Assembly: GCA_029775855.1 (NCBI GenBank)
Contig: JARVJZ010000001.1
Span: forward strand, 1-64,000
Length of the DNA: 64,000 nucleotides
Reading direction: 5' to 3'
DNA from: Nitrososphaeria archaeon
GTDB lineage: Archaea > Thermoproteota > Nitrososphaeria > Nitrososphaerales > JAAOZN01
Part shown: positions 49,074-58,668 of the stretch, in pieces
Position numbering within the stretch: the first letter of the stretch is position 1
How the letters are laid out: each line of letters starts with the position of its first letter
Program-made: the position numbers and the translations under genes
The notes under the pieces: model-generated
Databases searched by the model: none
What the model was told of the DNA's origin: nothing
What the model saw: the letters and a program-made list of their open reading frames with translations, nothing else

Positions 49074-50069
49074 GTGGTCGCTTTCCAAGCTAAAGACCAA
49101 ATTAAGAACGTTGGTGAAGTATTACTTTCAGTAAGGAATCTGAGGATATACTATGGTCGTGAACCTGCTCTGATTCGTGCTGTAGATGGTGTCTCCTTTG
49201 ATATTAAAAGAGGTGAAATTACCGCTCTGGTGGGTGAGTCAGGCTCAGGCAAGACCACCATAGCTCTATCTATACTTTCTCTCCTTCCTCCGGCTGCAAA
49301 GATCGTTGAAGGTGATATATTGTTTAAGGGTCGCAGCATTCTTCACCTTAAATCACGTGAAATGCAGAGGATAAGGGGTAAAGAGATTGGAATGGTCTTT
49401 CAAGAACCCCATTCATATTTAAATCCTCTAATTAAAGTGGGAGACCAAGTAGCCGAAACGTTGATCCTACATGAAAATATAGGTAAAGAAGAGGCTAGAT
49501 CTCGTGTCATAAACATATTTGAAAAGGTTAGAATAGCAGATCCGCAACGAATCTACCACTACTACCCTCATCAGCTCAGCGGGGGAATGGCTCAAAGAGT
49601 CGGCATATCTATAGCGATAGCGTGTAACCCATCTCTATTAGTAGCAGATGAACCTACAAGTAACCTTGATCTAACTGTTCAATCCCAAATACTCCACCTA
49701 CTCAAGAATCTCTCAAAAGAACTAGGATTATCTGTACTTCTTATAACACACGATTTAGGTGTAGTAAGTGGGTTGGCTGATAGAGTGGTGATAGTCTATG
49801 CAGGTAAGGTCGCCGAGGAAGCAGATGTGTATTCGATCTACACCAATCCCCAGCACCCATATACCGAAGTCCTATTAGCATCAAGCAGAGTCGCCAAGAT
49901 TAAAAGCAACATAGAAGCGTCAGGCTTCCTACCAGATCTAAGGAACCCACCAGCTGGTTGTCGATTCAGCACGCGATGCCCTTATGTGTTGGAGAAGTGT
50001 AGTAGTGAACCACCTGAAGTGAGAGGTCCTAACAATTCGAGGGTCTACTGCTGGCTAAGAGGTGGCTAA
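49074..50069 (+). CDS. oppD: Oligopeptide ABC ATP-binding protein (OppD/DppD-like)
   Basis: GESGSGKT, YPHQLSGGMAQR, HPYT, GCRF..RCP C-terminal domain. Confidence 0.9.
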   Translation: MVAFQAKDQIKNVGEVLLSVRNLRIYYGREPALIRAVDGVSFDIKRGEITALVGESGSGKTTIALSILSLLPPAAKIVEGDILFKGRSILHLKSREMQRIRGKEIGMVFQEPHSYLNPLIKVGDQVAETLILHENIGKEEARSRVINIFEKVRIADPQRIYHYYPHQLSGGMAQRVGISIAIACNPSLLVADEPTSNLDLTVQSQILHLLKNLSKELGLSVLLITHDLGVVSGLADRVVIVYAGKVAEEADVYSIYTNPQHPYTEVLLASSRVAKIKSNIEASGFLPDLRNPPAGCRFSTRCPYVLEKCSSEPPEVRGPNNSRVYCWLRGG

Positions 50070-51057
50070 AATGTCCAATGATGTTATAATATCAGCTGAA
50101 AACTTAAAGAAATATTTCCCGTTCAAAGGCGGCTTCTTTTCTAGAACCAGAAGCATAGTTAAGGCTGTAGATGGTGTGGATCTAACAATACGCCACGGTG
50201 AGAACCTTGCCCTTGTAGGTGAAAGTGGCTGTGGTAAGACTACCTTAGGCAGAATGCTCTGTGGCATAATAAAGCCTACTAGCGGGCGCATCATATACCC
50301 TGGAGCGGGAGATAATGGGTTTAGTAGGCTAAGCTTTGCCAAGTATGTTCAACCCATATTCCAAGACCCTTACTCAGCTCTTAATCCTCAGAAGACAATA
50401 TACAAGATCTTAGAAAAGCCATTTAAAGTTCACGGACTTAAGTATTCAGAGAAGGATATAATGGTGCTTCTTGAACGAGTCGGATTAGTTCCAGCCTCAT
50501 CCTTTATATATCGATATCCACACGAGTTAAGCGGTGGACAGAGGCAGCGTGTAGTTATAGCGAGAGCGCTCGCTCTCAGACCTAAGTTAATAGTGGCTGA
50601 TGAACCGATCTCAGGATTAGACGCAACTGTTCAAGCCCAGATACTTAAACTGCTTAAAAAACTGCAGGCAGAATATGAGACTACATACTTGATAATATCA
50701 CACGACATAACGCTTGTTAAAGCGTTATGTAGTAGAGTAGCGGTTATGTATTTAGGTAAGATTGTAGAAGAAGGAGCGGTAAGCGAAGTTATTGAGAACC
50801 CAATGCATCCGTACACATCTTCGCTCTTAAACTCATTTCCATCTGGAGATCCAAAACAAAGAAGATGGATAGATTCTCCCCCTCTCACAGGAGAAGTGCC
50901 TTCGCCAGTCAACCCACCGTCAGGTTGCAGATTTAGAACAAGATGCCCAATGGCTGAGAAAGAATGTGAGTTAAATGAGCCGAAACTTGTGCCTTGTAAT
51001 AAAGACCACCTAGTAGCCTGCCCAATTGTTTTAAGGTCAAAATTAAAGCAGCTCTAA
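50062..51057 (+). CDS. oppF: Oligopeptide ABC ATP-binding protein (OppF/DppF-like)
   Basis: GESGCGKT, FQDPYSALNP, YPHELSGGQRQR, PPSGCRFRTRCP. Confidence 0.9.
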   Translation: MAKMSNDVIISAENLKKYFPFKGGFFSRTRSIVKAVDGVDLTIRHGENLALVGESGCGKTTLGRMLCGIIKPTSGRIIYPGAGDNGFSRLSFAKYVQPIFQDPYSALNPQKTIYKILEKPFKVHGLKYSEKDIMVLLERVGLVPASSFIYRYPHELSGGQRQRVVIARALALRPKLIVADEPISGLDATVQAQILKLLKKLQAEYETTYLIISHDITLVKALCSRVAVMYLGKIVEEGAVSEVIENPMHPYTSSLLNSFPSGDPKQRRWIDSPPLTGEVPSPVNPPSGCRFRTRCPMAEKECELNEPKLVPCNKDHLVACPIVLRSKLKQL

Positions 51058-51899
51058 ACACCTACACTCTTCTTTGAGCTTGTGAGCTGACCTATAGCAT
51101 CGCCAAGGAGATTGAAGGCTAGTATCGTAATTATTATAGCTAAACCTGGCATAAGGATGCTCCACCAAGCGCCAAGGTATATAGAGCGGCTGGCTAACCA
51201 TAGTATACGCCCCCAGCTGACCACATTAGGGTCTCCAAGCCCAAGAAAACTTAACCCCGCCTCGACAAGTATGGATGAACCCATCTGCAGAGTTACAGCA
51301 GGTAGCAGAGGAAGCCAAATATTAGGAAGTATCTCGTTAACCATAATATCTACGCTACCAGCCCCAACCGCTTTAACCGCAAGCACAAACTCCCGCTCCC
51401 TTAACGATAAAACTTGCGCCCTAATTATTCTGGCTAATGTAGGCCAAGAAACTACACCAATAACTAAAGTTATCGTATGAATGTTGCTACCGAAAAGAAT
51501 CACTATGAATATTATGAGCACAAAAGAAGGAATAGAGAGCACAACATCAGTAGCCCTCATAAGCACTTCATCAAGCACGCCACCATAAAAACCAGCAGGC
51601 AAACCAACAGCAAGAGCAATAATGAGCGCTATAAGCGTTGAGACTACACCGACATAAAGCGCCACTCTAGCACCGTAGATAACTTGACTATAAACATCAC
51701 TACCAGCCTGGTCTGTCCCAAAAGGATAGACCGGAGTAGGGGGAGAAAGCATAGGGCCAACACCCGTTCTAAGAGGATTATAGAGCGTTATGAAATCCGC
51801 TGCCAACGCGGCAAAGACTATAGGCACTAACAAGACTAAACCAAGCCTAGCACCTTTCGCTCCAACTAGATTCCTGAAGAATTTCAACACTGCAGCCAA
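51054..51899 (-). CDS. oppC: Oligopeptide ABC permease (OppC/DppC-like)
   Basis: PFGTDQAG.D, REFVLA...GA, EAGLSFLGLG, FNLLGD. Confidence 0.9.
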   Translation of the reverse strand: MAAVLKFFRNLVGAKGARLGLVLLVPIVFAALAADFITLYNPLRTGVGPMLSPPTPVYPFGTDQAGSDVYSQVIYGARVALYVGVVSTLIALIIALAVGLPAGFYGGVLDEVLMRATDVVLSIPSFVLIIFIVILFGSNIHTITLVIGVVSWPTLARIIRAQVLSLREREFVLAVKAVGAGSVDIMVNEILPNIWLPLLPAVTLQMGSSILVEAGLSFLGLGDPNVVSWGRILWLASRSIYLGAWWSILMPGLAIIITILAFNLLGDAIGQLTSSKKSVGV

Positions 51900-51910
51900 A
51901 AATTACACCC

Positions 51911-52903
51911 TCAACCAGTCCTTATACGCGGATCTATAATAGCGTAGATGATGTCAGCTGCAAAGTTAGCTATACTTACTGAAACAGCCGTTATAAGGAA
52001 TATACCAGTCACAAGCATGTAGTCTCTATAGCCTACCGCCTGAATCAGAAGCTGACCAACACCGGGCCAAGAGAAGACTCCTTCAGTTAGAACAACCCCT
52101 CCCACCATAAGACCAATCTGTATCGCTGCAACAGTTACTATAGGGAGTAAAGCGTTTTTAAGAGCATGCTTGTACAGGAGAATCCGTTCAGGCACACCTT
52201 TAGCCCTAGCGCCAATAATATAGTTAGAGCTTAATGCATCCAGAAGTCCAGCCCTTGTAAGCCTTGTGTATAAAGCGAGGAAGAAGACTGAAAGGGTGCA
52301 GGCTGGTAAGATAAGGTGCCAAGATACGTTTAAAATAAACTCTGTAAGATTCTTTTCAACACCAACATCGAAGTATCCACCCGTTGGAAAGATAGGAATC
52401 CAAAGCGAAAATAAAAGAATGAGCATCATGCCGAGCCAGAAGACTGGCGTCGAATACAATGTTAGAGTAACTGCTGTTATAACCGTGTCTTGAACTTTAA
52501 AAGCTCTACGCGCTGAAAGAATGCCCAATAAAATACCAACAACCAAGGCAATTGTTATAGCCGAACCTACAAGCAGCATCGTCTGAGGTAACCGCTCTAA
52601 TATTACATCAAGTACCGGTCTACTAAATGATATTGAGAACCCTAAGTCACCACGAATAATACCGCTAAGATAAATTATTAACTGCTCATAGACTGGGCGA
52701 TCAAGACCATAATCTTCCCTTACACGCTTAACATATTCTGGTGAAGCCGCTTCCCCAGCAAGCAGCTCAGCCGGATCTCCTGGAGCCAATCTAATCAACC
52801 CAAAAGTTAAGATGACAACAACTAACACAACGACAGCAGAGAAGACCGCTCTTCTGACTACAAAGCGCCAAAAGGTCAAACTGACTGTATCGCACCTATA
52901 CAC
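51911..52903 (-). CDS. oppB: Oligopeptide ABC permease (OppB/DppB-like)
   Basis: PGDPA, YGLDRP, GDLGFS, ARAKG, HALKNA, DPRIR. Confidence 0.9.
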   Translation of the reverse strand: MYRCDTVSLTFWRFVVRRAVFSAVVVLVVVILTFGLIRLAPGDPAELLAGEAASPEYVKRVREDYGLDRPVYEQLIIYLSGIIRGDLGFSISFSRPVLDVILERLPQTMLLVGSAITIALVVGILLGILSARRAFKVQDTVITAVTLTLYSTPVFWLGMMLILLFSLWIPIFPTGGYFDVGVEKNLTEFILNVSWHLILPACTLSVFFLALYTRLTRAGLLDALSSNYIIGARAKGVPERILLYKHALKNALLPIVTVAAIQIGLMVGGVVLTEGVFSWPGVGQLLIQAVGYRDYMLVTGIFLITAVSVSIANFAADIIYAIIDPRIRTG

Positions 52904-52983
52904 ATATATTTATAGATTTAAGTTATGAACTTCAATACTATAGAATAAAAAGCTTAAATAGCCTTATTAAGGATGCTATTTTA

Positions 52984-54849
52984 ATGAATAATAAGACATT
53001 TCTCTATACTACTTTAGGAATTCTAGCGGCGCTTCTACTAGCTTCGTCTTCAGTTTCAGCGCAAACCTATACTGTGGGCGGAACTATGGTTGTAGTTTTA
53101 GCATCAGAGCCTACTACAGTCGACCCCTTAACATTATCTTGGAATGCTGGTTTCGTAGGCGCACAGCTCTTTAACTCTCTACTAACTTATGACGAAAACC
53201 TTCAGCTCAAACCTTCGCTAGCAACAAAATGGTCTGTTAATGCTGCTGAGGGAACATACACCTTTGAGTTAAGAACAGATGTCAAGTGGCACGATGGTAA
53301 GCCATTTACACCCGAAGATGTTAAATTCGCATTCGAAAATATAATAAGCAAATATGATGTCTTCGGAGCATCGTACTTCAAGAACACAACCGTCGAGATT
53401 AGAGGCAACACTGTCATCATAAAACCAAAGGACTTTCTGCCTGGTATCCAAATTGGGTTATTTGCCAGCTCAGATACCGTAATCTACCCAAAGCATATAC
53501 TTGAAGGACAAGACTTTCTAAAGAGCGAATTCAGAACAACATCTCCAATAGGCACAGGGCCTTTCAAGATGAAGACTTGGGTCAAAGGTAGCTATATGGA
53601 GCTCGTTAGAAATGAAGACTACTTCAACAAGCCTAAACCATATCTGGAGCGTATAGTTATAAGATTCGTTAAGGAGCCAGCAGCAATTATCGCTGGGCTG
53701 CAAAGGGGAGAGCTCCACTACATATTCAGGGGTGTGCCGTTTGAAGCATACAGCACGCTAAAAGCCTCACCTAACCTTAGAGTGATTCCGCACCCAAGAC
53801 CACCTTACGTTTCAGCGCTATGGATGAACTTAGGCAACAAGTATCTGGCTGACGTGAATGTGCGTCAAGCTATGGCTTACGCCATTAATCGTACAGACAT
53901 TGCTCTTAAAGCCACACAAGGCATATCCCCACCAGTACAATATATGGTTGACCCAACGATAGTGCCGCCTAGCCCAACTTTAACAATCTACAACTATGAT
54001 AAGGCAAAGGCAAACCAGATCTTAGATTCAGCGGGATACTCTAAAGGCGCTGACGGTATGAGATTCAAGCTGGAGCTAATGACTAGGACAGGCGAGCCTG
54101 ATGAGCAGCTCTGGGCTACGTTGGTCAAAGATTACCTTGCTGACATAGGTATAGATGTCTCAATAAAGACTGTAGACTTTGCCACCTTCCTCTCTCTTCA
54201 GACAAAGCTCCAATATGATATGTGTACTATCAAGTATTGGATATCACCTATCTGGCTCTACCAGCTCTTCAGCACTGAATGGATAGGCAAAGGCTCTTTC
54301 ACAAACAACTTCCAGTACAGCAACAAAGAAGTTGATGCGCTCTTCGCTAGATGGTTAAAGGAAACCGACCCGCAAGCTCAGGTAAAGATACTTCAGCAGA
54401 TCGAAGACTACATAAGCAGAGATCTGCCTGAACTTGTTCTATATGAAGTTAGGTGGCTTAACGTCATAAACAACGACTTCCAAGGCGAAGGGATGCCTGT
54501 GGGAAAGTGGGTCTTTGCTGACAGCCTCGAAAACATATATTCTGTCTCGGCGCAAAAGACACCCATAACAACCACACCCCAGACAACAACTATGCCAGCA
54601 GCTACCACAACCGTAACATCAACAGTAACCATCACCCAAGCCGCGCCTACTCAAACCGTCACTGTAACGCAGACTGCTGCGACTGCGACCACCACAGTAA
54701 CTACAACTAGAGCTGTTACTAGCACAATCACCACAACTGAAGTTCAGACAGATATTACATCAACTGGTATAGCAGCTGTAGTAGGAATAATAATCGGCGC
54801 CGCAGTAGCAACAGCAGTGGCTAGACGTGGTAGGAAGAGTGCTGCTTAA
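52984..54849 (+). CDS. oppA: Oligopeptide/dipeptide ABC substrate-binding protein with Thr-rich linker and C-terminal TM anchor
   Basis: Signal peptide, VKWHDGKPFT.EDVKF, PIGTGPF, VRQAMAYAINR, then a Thr-rich stretch, a TM helix and a basic tail. Confidence 0.9.
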   Translation: MNNKTFLYTTLGILAALLLASSSVSAQTYTVGGTMVVVLASEPTTVDPLTLSWNAGFVGAQLFNSLLTYDENLQLKPSLATKWSVNAAEGTYTFELRTDVKWHDGKPFTPEDVKFAFENIISKYDVFGASYFKNTTVEIRGNTVIIKPKDFLPGIQIGLFASSDTVIYPKHILEGQDFLKSEFRTTSPIGTGPFKMKTWVKGSYMELVRNEDYFNKPKPYLERIVIRFVKEPAAIIAGLQRGELHYIFRGVPFEAYSTLKASPNLRVIPHPRPPYVSALWMNLGNKYLADVNVRQAMAYAINRTDIALKATQGISPPVQYMVDPTIVPPSPTLTIYNYDKAKANQILDSAGYSKGADGMRFKLELMTRTGEPDEQLWATLVKDYLADIGIDVSIKTVDFATFLSLQTKLQYDMCTIKYWISPIWLYQLFSTEWIGKGSFTNNFQYSNKEVDALFARWLKETDPQAQVKILQQIEDYISRDLPELVLYEVRWLNVINNDFQGEGMPVGKWVFADSLENIYSVSAQKTPITTTPQTTTMPAATTTVTSTVTITQAAPTQTVTVTQTAATATTTVTTTRAVTSTITTTEVQTDITSTGIAAVVGIIIGAAVATAVARRGRKSAA

Positions 54850-54861
54850 GATCACTCTTCT

Positions 54862-55494
54862 TCACAAATTTTTTTCCCATCTTTCTCTATGCGTCACTTC
54901 AGTGTATGGTCTACGTTGAGCTGGCTTGAATCTACCCTTGGGGTAGCCTATGTTGATTATTGCAAGAGGCTCTATATAGTTTGGTATGTTAAGCAGATGC
55001 CTAAACTCGTCTTCGAAATATAGGTGGTACATCGTTATCCAGCATCCTAGTTCTAAAGCCCTTGCTGCCAACAACATGTTTTGCATAGCTGGGAAGACTG
55101 ACGCATAAGCTACTATTTCCTCCATCTTTCTGCTTGCTTCTTCAAAACCCTTAGGTCTGCTGACAAGTTTCTTCTCTCTGTTTAAGCAGAGTATAATCAT
55201 TACTGGGATATTGTGCATGCGTTGAAGACAGTCTTCTAAATATTGTCTCCTTTTAGGTTCAAGTTTAACTATTCTTGCTTCAAGGTATATGGAGGCGCCT
55301 CGTCTGTTTATTTCTGCAATGCGTTTTTTAACTTCAGGATCTTTGACCACAATGAATTCCCAAGGTTGTGTGTTGGCGCCTGAAGGTGCTTTTACTGCTG
55401 CTGAGAGTATTCTTTCTATCTTCCACTCTTCTACTGGTGTATCCTTTATTCTTCTTATGCTGATAAGCGTATCTATTGCTTCGAATACATCCAA
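54862..55494 (-). CDS. Nitroreductase family protein
   Basis: SIRR, KAPSGANTQPWEF, QNMLLAARALELG, IGYP. Confidence 0.9.
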   Translation of the reverse strand: MDVFEAIDTLISIRRIKDTPVEEWKIERILSAAVKAPSGANTQPWEFIVVKDPEVKKRIAEINRRGASIYLEARIVKLEPKRRQYLEDCLQRMHNIPVMIILCLNREKKLVSRPKGFEEASRKMEEIVAYASVFPAMQNMLLAARALELGCWITMYHLYFEDEFRHLLNIPNYIEPLAIINIGYPKGRFKPAQRRPYTEVTHRERWEKNL

Positions 55495-55500
55495 GTTCTG

Positions 55501-57282
55501 CTACCCTATGCTCTGAATAGTAGAGTCAACTACTCTCTTTGCTTCTCGGAATGCCCAGCGTACTTTGTTAGCTCCTCTTGTTAATTGGTTTATGAGGAAT
55601 CTAAACTCATTGGTTTGGTTTTTGTAGCTGGGAAGTTGTGTGGCTGGGTAGATGTCTGGGTACGCTGGTATTGGGACTGCTGGGTCGTGATCAAAGCGTT
55701 CTTTATCTGTGTAATTTACGGGTATGAGTATCCTTGCAATCTTCATCAAAGTCTGATTGATAATTTCTTGCTCACGTTTGCCCTTAACCGACTGAGTTTT
55801 CTTGTATAGGTTTTCTAGGCTTGCTTTCAGATTTAGAGCATCATCTATCAGAGGCTTAAAGTCGAAGAGGTTTTCAGATGCTTCCTGATATTTCTTAAAT
55901 ATCTCAAGAGATGAGTTGACGAAGGCTCGGAAGTCGAATGGGTAAATGTCTGCGTTTATTACTCTTAGAACTGAAATGAGATAGAGCTTTGCATCCCTTA
56001 GCAGATTCTCTTTATCAGCAATACGCATGTCATCTTCTTCTGTATGCCACCAGACATTCCCACCACAGCCGCCTACAGCATACAACCCCTTCTCCTTTCT
56101 AACCGCCTCAGGTATAGTTGATGAAAGCATTAGGAAGGATGTTATCCCAATATGGTTAAAGGAGTAGTCGCCAGCACGCACAGGCCTAGTACAATAAGCC
56201 TCAAGACCAGTCACATCCTTAACAACTTTTCTCATGAAGTCTTCAACTTCACTCATGCACATAAGATCTTCATACGAAGTCGCACCTACACAGCCCGGTG
56301 AATCGCAGTTTACTTGAGCAATACAGTGTTCATCAAGTTCTAATGCAAAATGGTCTGCAAACCACGTTGAACCAGCATATCTGCCAGTAGAATGTCCGGG
56401 CCACCAAGCTACTTTAACGCTCCTCTTCAAAGCGTTTCTGTTGTTATGTAACACTCTAGCCAGTTCAAGGAGCACAGCGTTGCCTGTTGCGTTATCTCCT
56501 ATTCCCACGTGCCAGGAGTCTAGGTGCCCATGTAGTAGAAGAAACTCGGTAGGATTCTCTGGGCTCTTAACATCTGCCACTGGGATTAAACATTTCTTCC
56601 AACCTTCCTCTAAAACGGTCTTTATTCTCACTTTAACTCGGCTTCGGTTTAGAAGGTTCTTAAGGTATTCTCCATCCTCTTTGCATATATTTACACCAGG
56701 TACACTAGGCTTATCTTTTATGTTTTCTAACGTTGGTGTTCCCCATATAGTGGTCATAATTCCTTCATGTGTGCGTGGGCCTGGGTTTATGGTTATGATT
56801 CCTATGCAGCCAGCCTTCATTAGCGCAGCTGCCTTCTTCGGCATTATCGATAAGCCTTCGGTCAAAACTATCTTACCTGAAATGTCTGACTCTATTTTTC
56901 CAACTCCGGCATCAAACATATCTACAGCGCTCTTTGGCATAACACTCGGCACATACACCAATTCAGCGGTTATGTCTGCAGAAGGTGACATAGAAGGAAC
57001 TTTGGGGTTCATCACCCTATTATCATGCCTTAAGACCTTCTTCTCAGGCTCTAACACCTCTACAGTAGCAGATTTGGGTATGCTGAGGTATAAATCAGGT
57101 TCATAAACGTTGTATGGTATTCCGTATTCCTTTAACTTCTCAATTATATATTCCATAGCTGTTCTTTCATCTTGGCTTCCTGACTCTCTTACGAGCGTAG
57201 AGAATCTTGTGATAAGAGCCCACATGTTGTCGAGGCTAATTTCTCTCATCAGCTTATCTTCCAAGTAAGAAATATTTGCCAT
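55501..57282 (-). CDS. PA-domain M28-family peptidase/amidohydrolase (variant active site), paralog of 44884-46638
   Basis: HGHLDSWH, DNATG, WPGHSTGRYAGS, NCDS, RAGDYSF, WHTEED, FDHDPA. Confidence 0.82.
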   Translation of the reverse strand: MANISYLEDKLMREISLDNMWALITRFSTLVRESGSQDERTAMEYIIEKLKEYGIPYNVYEPDLYLSIPKSATVEVLEPEKKVLRHDNRVMNPKVPSMSPSADITAELVYVPSVMPKSAVDMFDAGVGKIESDISGKIVLTEGLSIMPKKAAALMKAGCIGIITINPGPRTHEGIMTTIWGTPTLENIKDKPSVPGVNICKEDGEYLKNLLNRSRVKVRIKTVLEEGWKKCLIPVADVKSPENPTEFLLLHGHLDSWHVGIGDNATGNAVLLELARVLHNNRNALKRSVKVAWWPGHSTGRYAGSTWFADHFALELDEHCIAQVNCDSPGCVGATSYEDLMCMSEVEDFMRKVVKDVTGLEAYCTRPVRAGDYSFNHIGITSFLMLSSTIPEAVRKEKGLYAVGGCGGNVWWHTEEDDMRIADKENLLRDAKLYLISVLRVINADIYPFDFRAFVNSSLEIFKKYQEASENLFDFKPLIDDALNLKASLENLYKKTQSVKGKREQEIINQTLMKIARILIPVNYTDKERFDHDPAVPIPAYPDIYPATQLPSYKNQTNEFRFLINQLTRGANKVRWAFREAKRVVDSTIQSIG

Positions 57283-57327
57283 CTCTTACCCCTTTCGTCC
57301 TATCAATCTTTGTAATATAAGAGTTAT

Positions 57328-58044
57328 CTATAGTTCAACAGGGTGTGGAAGGCTGTATGCCTTTTTGCTGTGTGTTAACTGCATAGCGACCAAGGCTTCA
57401 GCCATCTTAACCGATACAGCCACGGGGTTAACTACAGGTACTCGTAGTTCCTTTTCGAGTTCTTTATCAAGTCTTAAGAAGGCTTCTGACATGCAACCTA
57501 AGATCAGAGCATCCGCATCGTCCTCTTCAACAGCTTCTCTGCCTATCTCAAGCAGCCTTTTCTTTGTTCGCTCAATATCTGAGGACAGTTCAAGGACACG
57601 CAATCCAACCTCCTTCATAGACGCGATCTTCTTAGAAACACCTAAACCATCGGCTATCTTCTCTAATGTTGGAAAGACATTTTTAAGCACAGTGAGTATA
57701 GAGAATTTGTGCCCTAAAGTCGCCGCGAAGAGTAGGCTTGTCTCACCCGGTCCTATAATTGGTATGGATGCAATTTCTCTTGCAGCTTCTATCCCAGGGT
57801 CTCCGAAGCAGCCAATTATAGCTGCATCATAGCCTTCACGTTCAGCCTTTGCAATAAGCCTAAGGGTGTTGGGGATAGATATGTATTCGTCGTAGAAGCA
57901 TTCTATCGATTCTGGTCCTTGCTCTACCGCTTCGACTACAACTATGTTTGGTGGTGTAGCGAAGCTGTTTAGTATGTTCATTCGTCTTGAGAGTTCTTGC
58001 TTATCTAACCCTATCCCTGGTACAGCATATAGAATCTTAGTCAT
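57328..58044 (-). CDS. Asp/Glu/hydantoin racemase family protein (hydantoin/allantoin racemase-like)
   Basis: GPESIE; two catalytic Cys in IIGCFGDPG and LILGCMS; VPVVNP. Confidence 0.88.
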   Translation of the reverse strand: MTKILYAVPGIGLDKQELSRRMNILNSFATPPNIVVVEAVEQGPESIECFYDEYISIPNTLRLIAKAEREGYDAAIIGCFGDPGIEAAREIASIPIIGPGETSLLFAATLGHKFSILTVLKNVFPTLEKIADGLGVSKKIASMKEVGLRVLELSSDIERTKKRLLEIGREAVEEDDADALILGCMSEAFLRLDKELEKELRVPVVNPVAVSVKMAEALVAMQLTHSKKAYSLPHPVEL

Positions 58045-58175
58045 ATGTGTTGGTTGTCCTTCGCCTCTAATTAAGTCTTTGAAAAAGTGTTTTCAAAAGT
58101 TTACATATTGTTTTGTATATGTGCCGATTAGGATGTTTGAGCTCTTTCTGCTGGGAATGTTGAGGTGGCTCTTGG

Positions 58176-58634
58176 TTGTCTTCAGATGTTAGTGTTGTTG
58201 TTAGGCCGGCATCTTTAGATGATATTGATGTTTTACTGAGGATTGAGCGGGAGTGTTTTGAGCATCCTTATGATAGGTCTATCTTTGAGTCTATACTCTG
58301 TGCTAGTAGTTGCCAAGTTTTGCTTGCTGAGCTCTTCGGCTCAGCTGTAGGCTACATAGCCTTTAATAAGCAGGGAAGAGTTGGTACAATTCTTTCAGTC
58401 GCTGTATTAGAGCGTTTCAGGCGTAGAGGGGTTGGTAGATACCTTATGCGCCAAGCAATAAGCAGATTAAGGGAAGCTGGTGTGCGTCGAATAGTTCTTC
58501 AGGTTTCTGTTAAGAATGTTGCTGCTCGAAGGTTATATGAGTCTATGGGGTTTAGAGCGGAGATGCTTCTTAGAGGATACTATAGGGGTGAGGAGGATGC
58601 AATTCTTTATAGCCTACACCTCCCCATACACTGA
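58176..58634 (+). CDS. rimI: RimI/Ard1-like N-acetyltransferase (GNAT)
   Basis: IERECF, SVAV...RRRGVG, LQV...N..A..LY...GF, YY..EEDA. Confidence 0.85.
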   Translation: MSSDVSVVVRPASLDDIDVLLRIERECFEHPYDRSIFESILCASSCQVLLAELFGSAVGYIAFNKQGRVGTILSVAVLERFRRRGVGRYLMRQAISRLREAGVRRIVLQVSVKNVAARRLYESMGFRAEMLLRGYYRGEEDAILYSLHLPIH

Positions 58635-58668
58635 CTGAAATATAATCTAATGGTAAGGTGTAAGCGAG

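Noticed and set aside
52956-52981. Imperfect inverted repeat upstream of oppA
   Set aside because: It is AT-rich, interrupted and not seen at other promoters in the island, so it may be chance.
54560-54745. ACA/ACT-rich repeats here and at about 10020-10225 as tandem repeats or CRISPR
   Set aside because: They encode Thr-rich linkers of surface binding proteins. No repeat-spacer structure or cas genes were seen anywhere in the window.
56441-57106. 221-aa plus-strand ORF and the many similar 60-180 aa antisense ORFs
   Set aside because: They lie opposite well-supported genes and have no recognisable motifs.
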